A stretch of DNA of 62,000 nt, taken from positions 25,130,001-25,192,000 of the forward strand of contig OX597819.1 of the NCBI GenBank assembly GCA_951406725.2, written 5' to 3'. Origin of the DNA: Octopus vulgaris (taxonomy: Eukaryota). The position numbers and the translations under genes are program-made. The notes beneath the pieces are model-generated. The model saw nothing but the letters and a program-made list of their open reading frames with translations, did no database searches and was not told where the DNA came from. Positions 25,860 through 37,730 of the stretch are shown in pieces (the stretch's first letter is position 1; each line of letters starts with the position of its first letter).

Positions 25860-26188
25860 TCGCAATTGTGGAGATGGTTGGCTATGAAGAAAGCTTGACC
25901 GAATTCTTTAATGCTTCTAGTTTGGCATATTGCCTCTTGTAAGTTCTAATCTCAGAGTTGCTTTTTATTTCCAAAGACACTAGTAATAAATACTATCCTT
26001 ATATTTAGCTCGGTTAAATTGACTATATCCTCCCACACTGGAAGTATTGTTAGAAGGTTGGGAAAAACTGCCTTTGCAGTACTTGTTCTGGTTTTTTACT
26101 CATTAAGAGTTCAAATCCTACTTACATCATCTTCTGCTCATGATCAGAAATGCACATATCGTCAGCCAATAAGGGACATGCTCAACTG

Positions 26189-26236
<48 letters not shown>

Positions 26237-26640
26237 GAGTGAGAGAGCAGTGCATGGCATCAAAGTGACACTGGGGTGAAATATACGAAGCCCAATATAC
26301 CCATCATGACTACCCGTCTGATAAGGGTACACCAGGCACATGCATCACAACCATATGTGTGCGACATGGTGATCTCATATCAAGATAAACAGCATATGAC
26401 CTTGCAGGTGGGGCCCAGTTAGAATTTTCTTCAGGTCGAGTAACCCATCCCGCTCAAAAGGTCCCTGAATAAAGGTTGTTTAAGGACGTTGAATGAAACA
26501 CCCATGTTTCCAGAGGTGAATTATTCAAACCCCAAAGAATCCCTCTCAACGCATGGCTATGATGCTCCCCCACTACTTCTGCTCTCTCTCGATCAGAAAT
26601 GCACATATCGTCAGCCAATAAGGGACATGCTCAACTGGTT
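26237..26640 (-). mobile_element. Family D, 5'-truncated copy in tandem array
   Basis: Bounded by (ATT)n on both sides. Confidence 0.75.
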
Positions 26641-26655
26641 ATTATTATTATTATT

Positions 26656-27233
26656 GAGTGAGAGAGCAGTTCATGCCATCAAAGTGACACTGGGGTAAAA
26701 TATACGAAGCCCAATATACCCATCATGACTACCCGTCTGATAAGGGTACACCAGGCACATGCATCACAACTATATGTGCACAACATGGTGATCACATATC
26801 AAGATAAACAGCACATGAACTTGCAGGTGGGGCACAGTTAGAATTTTCTTCTGGTTGAGTAGCCCATCCTGCTCAAACGGTCCCTGAATAAGGGTTGTTT
26901 AAGGACGTTGAATGAAACACCCATGTTTCCAAAGGTGAATTATTCAAACCCCAAAGAATCCCTCTCAACACATTGGCTATGATGCTCCCCCACTACTTCT
27001 GCTCATGATCCGAGATGCACATATCGTCAGCCACTAAGGGACATGCTCAACTGGTTAAAGTCAAACAACTGACAAGCAAATCTGTGGTATTGAGCAGAAT
27101 ATTTGCTGTAGCCCATCTTTTATACCAAGACAAAACAATGAACATGATAACACTTCCAATCAGTTAAGATCAGAAGCCATGAGAGCCACTGCCTGGTACT
27201 GCATCAGGGCATTGCCTGGTACTGCATCAGGGC

Positions 27234-27235
<2 letters not shown>
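26656..27235 (-). mobile_element. Family D, full-length copy with a 23-bp terminal duplication
   Basis: tgcctggtactgcatcagggcat repeated at 27190-27212 and 27213-27235; (ATT)n flanks. Confidence 0.75.
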
Positions 27236-27282
<47 letters not shown>

Positions 27283-28089
27283 AGTTGGTGGGAGTGGTCA
27301 GTGTAGATTGCCAGACTGAATGCGTTGTTACATCCCTATGTGCTCTGAGTTCATATCTTATCTGGCTTGATCTTTGCCTTTCATCTTTCTAGAACTGCCA
27401 CTGCAGCAGCAGCAGCAGCAACAGCAGTTTAGTCAGCTCTTTATGTTGGTATGGATTGGACAGTTTTGACTGTTCCTCAAGTCTCTGGTTGTACAAAAGA
27501 AAAGCTGAATGGAAAATTGGATACAACATATCGTTTTTTATTACAGTCAACCTGCTCTCAAACAAACACCGAATAACAAATAGTGCAGTTTGATGCTGAA
27601 ATCTAGGACTGTACTGAAGACTGGGTTAGATCTTACTCTCATATATGAAACACACACACACACACACACACACACACTTTTACCAAAATGGACTAATAAA
27701 AGGCATGGACACAGTTACCACATCTTCAGACAAATGACAGAAATAAAATTCTGGTTGATTCTGTTCAGTAGCAGCAACAGTATTTCTGAAGTTTCCTAGC
27801 TATACATCTTTAGAGATAAATTTTTGTTCTGGTATTTACATTTTGGTTGGTTTTAGTTCAGAGATCATCAGGTGTCCTATTCTCAGATTTATGAGATACC
27901 TATATCCTTAGCATTGGACAGCACTCAAACTAAGAACCATTGATAATGCAAAAGAGATTGAGATGTTTCATTTCTTTTCTATAATTTAGTAACTTGCACA
28001 TTTTCTTAGAATAAAGAAAATGTGAGCAACTATTAAGTTCTCTGTGTTTCAAATTATTTATCATTTATTTTTCTTTTCTCTTTATCTAG

Positions 28090-28122
28090 AAAGTCTATTC
28101 TAGGGTAGCAAGAATATGTAAG
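28090..28122 (+). CDS. Sema5: Semaphorin-5-like 33-nt exon: KVYSRVARICK
   Basis: polypyrimidine + ctag acceptor, AAG|gtaagt donor, phase 0->0; the universal YSRVARICK motif. Confidence 0.95.
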
Positions 28123-28507
28123 GTAAGTACATTCACAGAAATATGATGAATTTTGTGATTTATGTCAAAACTGTATATATTTTGTTCTATAGCATACTTG
28201 TATACTTTATGAATAATGGATATTTATGATTGGTCATTCCCTTGGCTATTACTGTCTTGGGTCCTAGGACTCATAAGGCAGCTTACCCAGTTTCACTGCT
28301 GTGCAAGTGACCAAGATCACAATGTTCCCTCCGAACAGGATGCCAGTTCATTGCAGGGTTACTAATTTACAGCCAAGTGGACTGGAGTAATGTGAAATGA
28401 AGTGTTTTGTTCAAGAATGTAGCACACTGCCCAGTTTGGAAATTGAAACCATAATTTTATGATCATGGGTGCAACACCTTAACCACTATGCCATCTATGC
28501 TAGATAA

Positions 28508-28847
28508 AAAGGGTAAAGACCCCCTTCTGTCATGAATGACCATGGGATTGCACCTAGAAAGTTACCCTCAGAGGCACAAGTCTGCACAGGATTGTTTCTA
28601 GAAGACCAGCAGTCGTTCATGCATACCAGCCTCCCTTCTCCCAACCACTGATGTTATCCAAGGGAAAAGCAAATGCTAATACAGCTTGGCACCAGTGATG
28701 TTGCATCTCATTTCTACAACTGAGTGAGTTGGAGCAATGTGAAATAAAGTGTTTTGCTCAAGAACACAACATACAGCCTGGTCCAGGAATCATATTCACT
28801 ACCTCATGAGTGTGACCCTGACGCTCTAACCACTGAACCATGTGCCT
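28508..28847 (-). mobile_element. tRNA-derived SINE, family F, old copy with tttaccctt tail
   Basis: On - strand begins aggcacatggttcagtggttagagcg (A-box); related heads at about 28240-28498, 54430-54550, 8626-8680, 11545-11580. Confidence 0.65.
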
Positions 28848-29103
28848 AAAAATTCTATGGAGTTCAAAATAGGTGTGTGTGTATGTGTGTGTGTGTGTGT
28901 GTGTACGTGTGTGTGTGTTTGTTACATTAGAAATCAGGTAAAATTTACTAACTAGTAACTGTAAACAGCGTGTGGAGGACTTACAGTGGAATTTTAATGG
29001 TGGCAGTCTTGAAACTGAATAATTTTCATGTAAGAAATTTATGATGGAAATCTCATCCATTGTTTTTACACCCCTTTTTTTGTTTTTTTCTTTTACTCTT
29101 CAG

Positions 29104-29273
29104 ACTGACAGAGGAGGAGATAGCCTCCTTCTAGAAAACAACTGGACGACTTTTCTTAAGTCCCGGATTAACTGTTCTCTTCCAGGAGAGTTTCCATTTT
29201 ATTTCAATGAAATTCAGCATACCTTCTATTCCAAAGAAGAGAATTTAATATATGCTGTGTTTGGCACCGGAGA
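29104..29273 (+). CDS. Sema5: Semaphorin-5-like exon: TDRGGDSLLLENNWTTFLKSRINCSLPGEFPFYFNEIQHTFYSKEENLIYAVFGTG(D)
   Basis: cttcag acceptor, gtaagt donor, 170 nt phase 0->2; WTTFLK.R.NCS.PG..PFYFNEIQ motif. Confidence 0.97.
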
Positions 29274-30017
29274 GTAAGTTTGCATTTAATATCCATTAGT
29301 TGTTGTTGTTGTTGTTATTATTATTCCCCCCTTTGTTCCTTTTCCTCTTCCTCCTTCACCACTACTGCTATCATCATCATCATCATCGTCGTCATCGTCA
29401 TTTCTTACAAAGCAATAAAATTACCATAATATCTGTGTTAATGAAAATATTTTCCCACTGGAAACTGATAGCAAGCTCAGCAAGTAAATAAATAAATAAA
29501 TAAGAACAAAAAGAAAGCAATGAAATAGATGCAAAGTGTGCCATTGGGGAAATTGTTGATTGTTTTTTTTATCCTGTCCAACACAGAAAATGCTCACCGG
29601 CACTTTAGGTGCGCCAGATTCTAGCTTGATGAGGGACAGGTAAGTAAAGTCATGAAGTGCTCTAACCCAACTTATCTGGCTGGTCCCTACCTTAGTGTAG
29701 ATGGATGGTACTCCATATTTTTTTCTCTTGTTTCCTTAAATTATATCTTTTTTTTTTAATCATATCTGTATTCTTATTTGCTTTACTGGGAATCCAGCAG
29801 AGATGATGTTTAACCTATTCCCACTATAGCAGGAATATGGAGTGACAAGGTTAAGGTTTCTGGTTTTGTTACCAACAATCAAGATAGGGAAAATTAATAA
29901 AAGACAATACAGCAATATATGGCTGAGTTTTCTATATTCATTACTTTACAGAAAAATGTTTTCTGCTTAAGGCAGCCGAGAATATAAATATATATATATT
30001 AAAATATATTACATACA

Positions 30018-30217
30018 TGGTGCACATAAAAAGCACCCACTACACTCGCGGAGTTGTTGGCGTTAGGAAGGGCATCCAGCTGTAGAAACACTGCCAGATC
30101 AGACTGGAGCCTGAAGCAGCCCCTGGCTTCCCAGACCCCGGCTCCCCAGACCCCGGTCGAACCGTCCAACCCGTGCTAGAGTGGAAAACGGACGTTAAAC
30201 GATGATGATGATGATGA
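30018..30217 (+). mobile_element. RTE-type non-LTR 3' end with (GAT)n tail (family E)
   Basis: ggcgttaggaagggcatccagctgtagaaac ... ggacgttaaac(gat)n; repeated in window; clade assignment from general knowledge of such tails. Confidence 0.6.
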
Positions 30218-30219
30218 TA

Positions 30220-30503
30220 AGAGGGATGACCTCTAAGTGGACATCTATTACGCTAGAAGAAAATCCGCTATGATCTTACCACTAAGAAAGGAATGTTCTC
30301 AAGAAAAGTTAGCAAACACCAGAATGTGAGTGAGGAAGACAAATGAAAAGATACAAAATATAGATTAATCACAAACCAGGTTTCGTTTCTCGCTTACGTT
30401 CTGGCATTTGCTAAATTTTCTTCAGAACATTCCTTTCTTAGTGGTAAGACCATAGCGGATCTTCTTCTAGCATAATGGATGTCCACTTACAGGTCATCCC
30501 TTT
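30220..30503. mobile_element. Hairpin MITE (about 120-bp inverted arms) flanked by TA
   Basis: Left arm agagggatgacctctaagtggacatc... is the reverse complement of the right arm ...gatgtccacttacaggtcatcccttt. Confidence 0.75.
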
Positions 30504-30709
30504 TATATGTATGTACTATAATTTTTTCTGAATCTTCAGATTTTTCAATATGCTAGACCACTGGTTTTAAATTGATATTAATCAAATTAATATTCAATTT
30601 TTCACCTTTATTATTTTAAATTTTATATTAAAATATATTAGATAGATTATCATAGTTTGAGTTATTTATGAGTTGTAATCCTTTTTTTTTTTTACCATTC
30701 TGTTTCCAG

Positions 30710-30845
30710 CAACAGCATACCAGGTTCAGCTATCTGTATATATGATATACATGCATTCCATCGGTCATTCTCTGGTGCTTTCAAATACCAGATGAATGCT
30801 AACACAGCATGGATGAAAATGGAAAATCCAAAAGCAGATTCACAG
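30710..30845 (+). CDS. Sema5: Semaphorin-5-like exon: NSIPGSAICIYDIHAFHRSFSGAFKYQMNANTAWMKMENPKADSQ
   Basis: ttccag acceptor, CAG|gtatga donor, 136 nt phase 2->0; NSI.GSAIC and F.G.FKYQ motifs. Confidence 0.96.
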
Positions 30846-31118
30846 GTATGACTACTATTATTAAAATGGAATTTTATTTTAATTTTTTAAATTTTATCTA
30901 GTTTCAACTTTCGAGCTGTGGCCATGCTGGGGCACCACCAGTATATTTTTAGTATGGAACTGGTTTATTTAATAGAGATGACTTGCTGTTATTGTGAAAC
31001 ATATTGATTATTGTTTGGATTTTAAATGCAATTTTAAATTAATGGTATTTTTATTGAGTAAAGATTATACTTCAACTATCCTGACCATGAGTTACTAGAA
31101 CCTAAACATGAGTCATTG

Positions 31119-31156
<38 letters not shown>

Positions 31157-31418
31157 GAATGACAAATTAAGATAAACACAAGTTTATATTAGTTCCAAAC
31201 TTTGGCACAAGGCCAGCAATTTTGAGGAAGGGACTAAGGACTAAAGTCAAGTAGATTGGCCCCAGTTCTCAATTGATACTCATTTCATCAACTCTGAAGG
31301 GATAGAAGACAAAGTCGACCTCAGAAGACTTTGAATTCTGAATGTAAAGATGGATGAAATGTCTCAAAGAATTTTGCCCAGTATGCTAACAATTCTGCTA
31401 GCTTGTGGCCTTGACACA

Positions 31419-31674
31419 CAAGTTTATCTTATTAGTTCCTACATGTGTTTCACCCTTATGATTATTTGGAACCCTGCACTGGGTGTTTCAATTGGATGCT
31501 TAACAAGAATGGATCATCAGGGAACACTTTATTGCATTAAGCTGCAGTATACAACAGAAAGTTTACCTGATGAACCATTCTGATTAAGCATCCAAGTGCA
31601 CTTGGGACACTCAGTGCAGGGTTCCAGACAACCAGAATGATGAAACATACATAGGAACTAATAAGATAAACTTG
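31419..31674. repeat. Long imperfect inverted repeat (about 110-bp arms), probable old MITE
   Basis: caagtttatcttattagttcct... pairs with ...aggaactaataagataaacttg; inner ggaaccctgcactg / cagtgcagggttcc. Confidence 0.75.
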
Positions 31675-31849
31675 CAGTCATCTTAATCTCTCCAGCATTT
31701 GCCCTGTATTTAATAACAAGTATTACTACTTAGTTTAGGAGTTACTTAATCACTCTACTAAAAGTAGACTGGAATATGGTAATCTACATGGAACTTTAGA
31801 CATAACAGTAGCAGTTATACATATATTCGTATGCACAAAACATAATATA

Positions 31850-32248
31850 CTAGCAGTATTGCCTGGCGTTGCTCGGGTTTGTAAGGGAAATAACTATATA
31901 AGCATTTTTAGAGAGTTATAAGCCAAAAAATAGCAAAAAATGCATTAAAAATGGAAAAAAAATTATGGTAAATTTTTTTTTAAATCGTTGACTCATCGTA
32001 GACATATTTAGAGAGTTACTTTCCTTACATAATAGCGAAAAAAATGCATTAAAATGGAAAAAAATGATGGTAAATTTTTTTTTAAATCATAGACTCATCA
32101 TAGACACGCACTAATACCCAGAAGGGCTCGATATGAATCACGACTATAAGATACCCGGTTTTGGTTAAACTGCACCGCAAAATGTGGGAGTAGTTACGAA
32201 TCTAAATCATAGGAGACAGACACACAACTTGACTTTTATATATACAAA
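31850..32248 (-). mobile_element. Non-autonomous Helitron (family H)
   Basis: Reverse copy with CTAG terminus at 31850-31853; 5' end slightly decayed. Confidence 0.82.
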
Positions 32249-32558
32249 TATGTATAGAATTTTTGAATGATTGAACATGAAAGATATAAAACTATAAATA
32301 TTAGTATGCAGAATATTGGATTAATAAACCTCTTAGATGAAAAGAAATCAAAGGTTGTCTGTGAGATTTGAAACTACACCTTCTGTATGCATGATGGACA
32401 TTTTAACCATTATACCGAAATGACACTTCAAATTTTCTCTTTCCATTTTAGATGTCTTGCTCTTACCAGCAAGAATTGTATGTCATTTATTTAATAAAAA
32501 TCTAGAAACTTTGCAAGATATGAAGTGTATCGTTTTAACAGCAGAATGTTTATATGCC

Positions 32559-32621
<63 letters not shown>

Positions 32622-33443
32622 TGTTTGCACAATCGAAACTTCAAGAGACATAAAGTCTATCATTTTTAATGGTGTAACTTGAAACAGATAAAGCTATAAA
32701 TAGTAGCATTTAGATTTGTAGGTTAAAAAACACATGATGAAGAAAAGTTGAAGTTTGATTCTAGGGCTCAAATCTGAATCTTCTAAATTCTTATAATATA
32801 AATAATACATTTCTTGCTAGTAAAAACAAAACTTCTCAAATGGATGGAATAAATTGTAAGGGTTGTTTTGTTATAATGGTTAGAATATCTGTCCTATTTA
32901 CAGTAGGTATTGGTTCAAGTACCCCAGGTAGCCTTCTACTTTTTTTTCCATCCAAGGGTGTGTTAACCCAGTATTCCACTCTGTATTATATGTGGCTTTA
33001 TCTGCTTCGGGTTACACCATTAAAAAATGATACACTTTATATCTCTTGAAGTTTCTATTGTGTAAACAATACATATGCACACACACATACACACATGTAC
33101 GTATATAAATATACATACACACACATATATACATATACATTCATACATACGTATGTATGTTTATATATGTATATATTTATATGCAGAGAAAAACTGAAAG
33201 CGAGAGATAGAGAAATGAGTAAGATACCATCTTTAATTAGCATATTTATTGCTTCTTTACAAAACTGCATAGAATGGAGACTGCATAGTAATTGCTTTTA
33301 ATTTAATGTTTGATTATAATTATAAGAGTAATTAAAATAAAAAAACAATTATAACAAATGCATCACTACTGAATGGTATAACAAATTTAGTTTATGTAAG
33401 TAATATATATATATATACATGATGTGTTTTTGTGTTGTTTCAG

Positions 33444-33586
33444 TGTCCCAGTCCAGGAAGCAGCAGTAAGCGTTCCTTTAGTAACCATATCTCACAAGTA
33501 CTCCTAGATGCGGAGAAATATCAAATGATGAACGATGCCGTTCAGCCAATAACTAACCGTCCTCCTTTTGTGGGTGTGGGTGAGAG
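33444..33586 (+). CDS. Sema5: Semaphorin-5-like exon: CPSPGSSSKRSFSNHISQVLLDAEKYQMMNDAVQPITNRPPFVGVGE(R)
   Basis: tttcag acceptor, AG|gtaggt donor, 143 nt phase 0->2; YQMM.DAVQP motif. Confidence 0.94.
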
Positions 33587-34059
33587 GTAGGTCAAATATT
33601 AAACTGTATTCTTTGTATATGATCGCAACATCACTTCTACCACCAACACCAATCATTTCATCTGTCTCTTCCTAACCTCTCTGCTGAAGGGAAATGGCCC
33701 CATATATTATAATTTTGTGCTGCTCCTGATAGCAAATGAACATATTAAACTCTTCTAGGAACTCTTTTGGAAAAATTATTGCTGATGTAACCCATTTCAA
33801 CCAGATTTTACTTTAATTCACTCCCCTCTTTCTCATACATATACACTCAAATATACACATGTTTGTGTCACTGTCATGAAAGTAATATGGGATATATTAG
33901 TGGAAATTAAATATATAAATGCTTTCACTGCTTTTCTCATGAACAATTTCAATTATAATCCTTTCTATACTAAAGGCAGAGGACCTGAAATTTTGTGTGA
34001 GGGAACTTATTGGTTACATTCATCCTAGTGCTCAACCTCAGTTACATTACCTTAAAAGG

Positions 34060-34093
<34 letters not shown>

Positions 34094-34098
<5 letters not shown>

Positions 34099-34561
34099 GA
34101 TGGGCTACAGCAAATATTCTGCTCAGTACCACAGATTTACATGTCGTTTATTTGACCTTAACCTGTTGAGCATGTCCCTTAGTGGCTGACGATATGTGCA
34201 TCTCTGATCACAAGAGAGAAGTAGTGGGGGGAGTATCATAGCCATGTGTTGAGAGGGATTCTTTGGGGTTTGAATAATTCACCTTTGGAAACATGGGTGT
34301 TTCATTCAACATCCTTAAACAATCCTTATTCAGGGACCTTTTAAGTGGGATGGGTTACTCAACCAGAAGAAAATTCTAACTGGGCCCTACCTGCAAGGTC
34401 ATGTACTGTTTATCTTGATATGAGATCACCATGTTGCGCACATATGGTTGTGATGCATGTGCCTGGTGTACCCTTATCAGACAGGTAGTCATGATGGGTA
34501 TACTGGGCTTCGTATATTTTACTCCAGTGCCACTTTGATGGCATGCACTGCTCTCTCACTC
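34094..34561 (+). mobile_element. Family D, 5'-truncated copy
   Basis: (TAA)n on the left, ...ctctctcactc(aat)n on the right. Confidence 0.75.
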
Positions 34562-35526
34562 AATAATGATAATAATAATCCTTTCTGCTATTGGCACAAG
34601 GCCTGAAATTTTGGGGGAGTGTAGGAGTTAATCGATTACATTGACCTTAGTACTCAACAGGTACTTATTTTATTGACACTGAAAGGATGGAAAGCAAAGT
34701 CGACCTCAGCTGAATTAGATCTCAGAACGTAAAAATGCCGCTAAGCTTTTTCTCTGGCATGCTAGCAATTCTTACCAGCTCACCACCTTAATAATAATAA
34801 TAATAATGGTTTCAAATTTTGGCACAAGGCCAGCAGTTTCAGGGGAGGGGTAAGTCAATCACATTGACCAGTATTCAATTGGTACTTATTTCATTGACCT
34901 TGAAAGGCTGAAAAACAAAGTCAACCTCGGTGGTATTTGAACTCAGAATGTAAAGATGAACAAAATGCTGCTAACCATTTTGTCTGATGTGCTAATGATT
35001 CTGCCATTTCACTGCCTTAATAGTAATAGTAATAGTAAATAATAATGATAAACCCTTGACTTTGCCCAACTTGTTATTCCATCACAGAAGAAGTAGCCAA
35101 ATCACTGCTCATCATCTCCTGGCTTCTAGCTTAACTCCTGTCTTTTGTGACTCACATCTTTTTGCTCTTTACTTTTATATTACAAAGGCATGCTCATTAA
35201 CTAGGCAGGGAATCCCCTCTGGCCAAACTTCATTAAGGATAACCATCCTACAACCCTGCAGGAGACTATGGTATTCTGCACCCTTTCACACAAAGGCTTG
35301 ATGGCACACTTTTTCTCATGGGACTATGTGTTCAATCAGGATTATTTTCTTTGCCTTTTCAGACCAAAAAAAACTGACAAAAATGTGTAGTATTCATTGC
35401 CATAATAAGTAAATAAATAATTATTAGCAAACGAGTAAATTATTTCTTGTGTATGAAAACATTTGTATTGCAAATAATGTAAATAATGACTTATTTTGAA
35501 TTTTTCTTCTTACTTGCCTTGTTTAG

Positions 35527-35725
35527 GTGGACACATATCATAGCTGATACAGTTTACACGCTGAAGGGAAAGTTCTCTGTTGTCTTCATTGGCACCTTAG
35601 ATGGATATGTTAAAAAGATGATCCATATTCCTCGAGTGAATCTCAGTTGTATTTTAGAAGAAATCAGAATCACTCCAAAGGGACAAAACGAACCTGTAAC
35701 CTCGATTATAAAATCTAGAGAAGAG
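35527..35725 (+). CDS. Sema5: Semaphorin-5-like exon: WTHIIADTVYTLKGKFSVVFIGTLDGYVKKMIHIPRVNLSCILEEIRITPKGQNEPVTSIIKSREE
   Basis: tttag acceptor, GAG|gtaagt donor, 199 nt phase 2->0; V.FIGT.DG.VKK and C.LEEI motifs. Confidence 0.94.
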
Positions 35726-36403
35726 GTAAGTCGATATTAGATTTCATAAAGTATTGTCATCACCACCTCCATTATCATCACCACCATCACTATCATCATT
35801 GTCATTATTTCTGTTAATGCCATCGTCATCATAATGACCATCATCATCACTGTCCAGAGCATCACTGTTATCTCGTTGTTAAAGCCATTATCGTAACTGT
35901 TATTGTCATCATCATAACTGTTACCCTCCTCGTCTTCATCTTCTTCATCACCATCGTCATTTTAATACTGTTTATCTTTACTAGATTGTGCTCCACAAAA
36001 TTATTATTAAAATGTTATCCTTATCACCATCATCATCTTTCTCTTTTCTTGCTCTTCTGTGATGGCATGCTGGACGGAGCTTTTAGGGGTAGTGTTTCGT
36101 GTTGAGATGCCCCACCTGACACGAACCCTTTTAAGACAGCTCTTATGACATGCAGAGATACAGTGCATCTATTTTAAAAATCAGAATCTAATATTATTAT
36201 TATTACTAATATTGGCTATGTTGGTAGTCAGTTCATAAATCAACTTTAATTTTTAAAAAAACGTATATCCACTTGACAATATTTAATGAGGAATTTTTTT
36301 TTTGTGTGTTGTACAAAATTATAACCAATACCTACATAAACATGTATATTTATATGTATATAGATGCAGGTGTATGTATGTGCATGTGTGTGTGTGTGTA
36401 TGT

Positions 36404-36434
<31 letters not shown>

Positions 36435-36639
36435 CGATAGTGTATATTTATACACATAAGGAATCCACACTTAGGGTGAAATTCAACACATAGAACCACA
36501 AATAAAATGGTATTAAATGGTAAATATTTTTCATTTCCAAATTTTGTTCCTGTCGAATCTTATCCGTTATTTTTGTGGTTCTATGTGTTGAATTTCACCC
36601 TAAGTATGGATTCCTTATGTGTATAAATATACATTATCA
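36435..36639. mobile_element. Hairpin MITE, about 70-bp arms with 3 mismatches, in (TA)n
   Basis: cacataaggaatccacacttagggtgaaattcaacacatagaaccacaaa and its reverse complement 60 nt later. Confidence 0.8.
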
Positions 36640-36759
36640 TATAACTAATATACAGTCTTCTTGACTAATTTTTTTACACGTTAGACCACTGGAAATGTAA
36701 ATTTTGATTGAATATTTTAAATTTAATTAAATTCCATTTCCCTTTTGATATGATTAAAC

Positions 36760-36802
<43 letters not shown>

Positions 36803-36805
<3 letters not shown>

Positions 36806-37484
36806 CCAAAATATATAGTATCATATATCCACCATGGCTGATCTTACCAATCGGTTTTGCACAAAGAATAAAATGGAGTGTTAGATAACAATCTGATTAT
36901 ATGACCTTATGCTCATCAGAGTTACCCGATATTGAAGGGAATATGGCGACTCCTCTCTATTGTCGGAGGTGGATTAACATGACTGGTTTGCTGCTGCTAT
37001 GAAAAAGGTGATGGAACGAATAAGGGCCAGGGGATTAGGTTAGGAGTTGTGTCCCTTGGTTGGCTATGTTATGAGGTTGGTAAGAGTTATCTTGAAGTGT
37101 TTGTAGGGAAAGTGTGCTTTATTAAGTATGGTGCTCCTGTAAGGATTGGGTGTGTGATATGTGTAGTAGTGTCATATGCATAAATTTTTCTGAGGGTAAA
37201 GGTATATATAACAGCATTTGTTGTGTGCTGTTTGTCGAACTGTTTTCTTTCTGTAATGGTTAGTCGTGGGGGGGGGGGGGTTATGTTAGCATGTGGTGTG
37301 TAATGTGTATGTGGGGGTCTGTGTGAAGGGGTACAATGTATATGACGGGGTATATGTTGGGGGTGTTGGGAGACTATCTTGTGGGATGTGCATGGGTATA
37401 TTGGTGGGAGGTTAGTGGTTTGGAGTTTGGCTGCTCTTTCTAGTGAGTCGGATGTTCTATTATGGCCATCCCTTATATGTTTGA
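36803..37484 (-). mobile_element. Probable Penelope-like or retrozyme-like unit in (TA)n, carrying a hammerhead-like fold
   Basis: Strongly strand-skewed unique 680-bp block between TA tracts; hammerhead-like core near its - strand 3' end. Confidence 0.45.
36841..36923 (-). ncRNA. Degenerate minimal type I hammerhead ribozyme
   Basis: CTGATGA, stem II GCATAA/TTGTGC, (G>A)AAA, stem III ACC-GATT-GGT, cleavage triplet GUA, short stem I CT/AG. Confidence 0.55.
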
Positions 37485-37653
37485 ATATATATATATTTAT
37501 ATATACATATATATTCTCCTTTGAATTAATTGTTGCTGACACAGACTATCACCAGTTTCTTTGGATTTCAGATTTTACTCCTTTATATATGTGTGTGTGC
37601 ATGCATATAATTTCCTTTATTTTTATTGTTCCTTTCTTTTTTTTTCTTTCTAG

Positions 37654-37730
37654 AAAGCACTCTATGTTGTAACTAGCAGAACTTTAATAAAGATACCATT
37701 TGAGAGGTGTCATCGATTAAAAACCAAGAG
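37654..37730 (+). CDS. Sema5: Semaphorin-5-like exon (Sema/PSI boundary): KALYVVTSRTLIKIPFERCHRLKTK(S)
   Basis: ttctag acceptor, AG|gtaaaa donor, 77 nt phase 0->2; LYV...IP..RC motif. Confidence 0.92.

Noticed and set aside
35345-35392. Strong acceptor-like site 165 nt upstream of the 35527 exon
   Set aside because: No convincing donor and an immediate in-frame stop; such sites are common in pyrimidine-rich introns.
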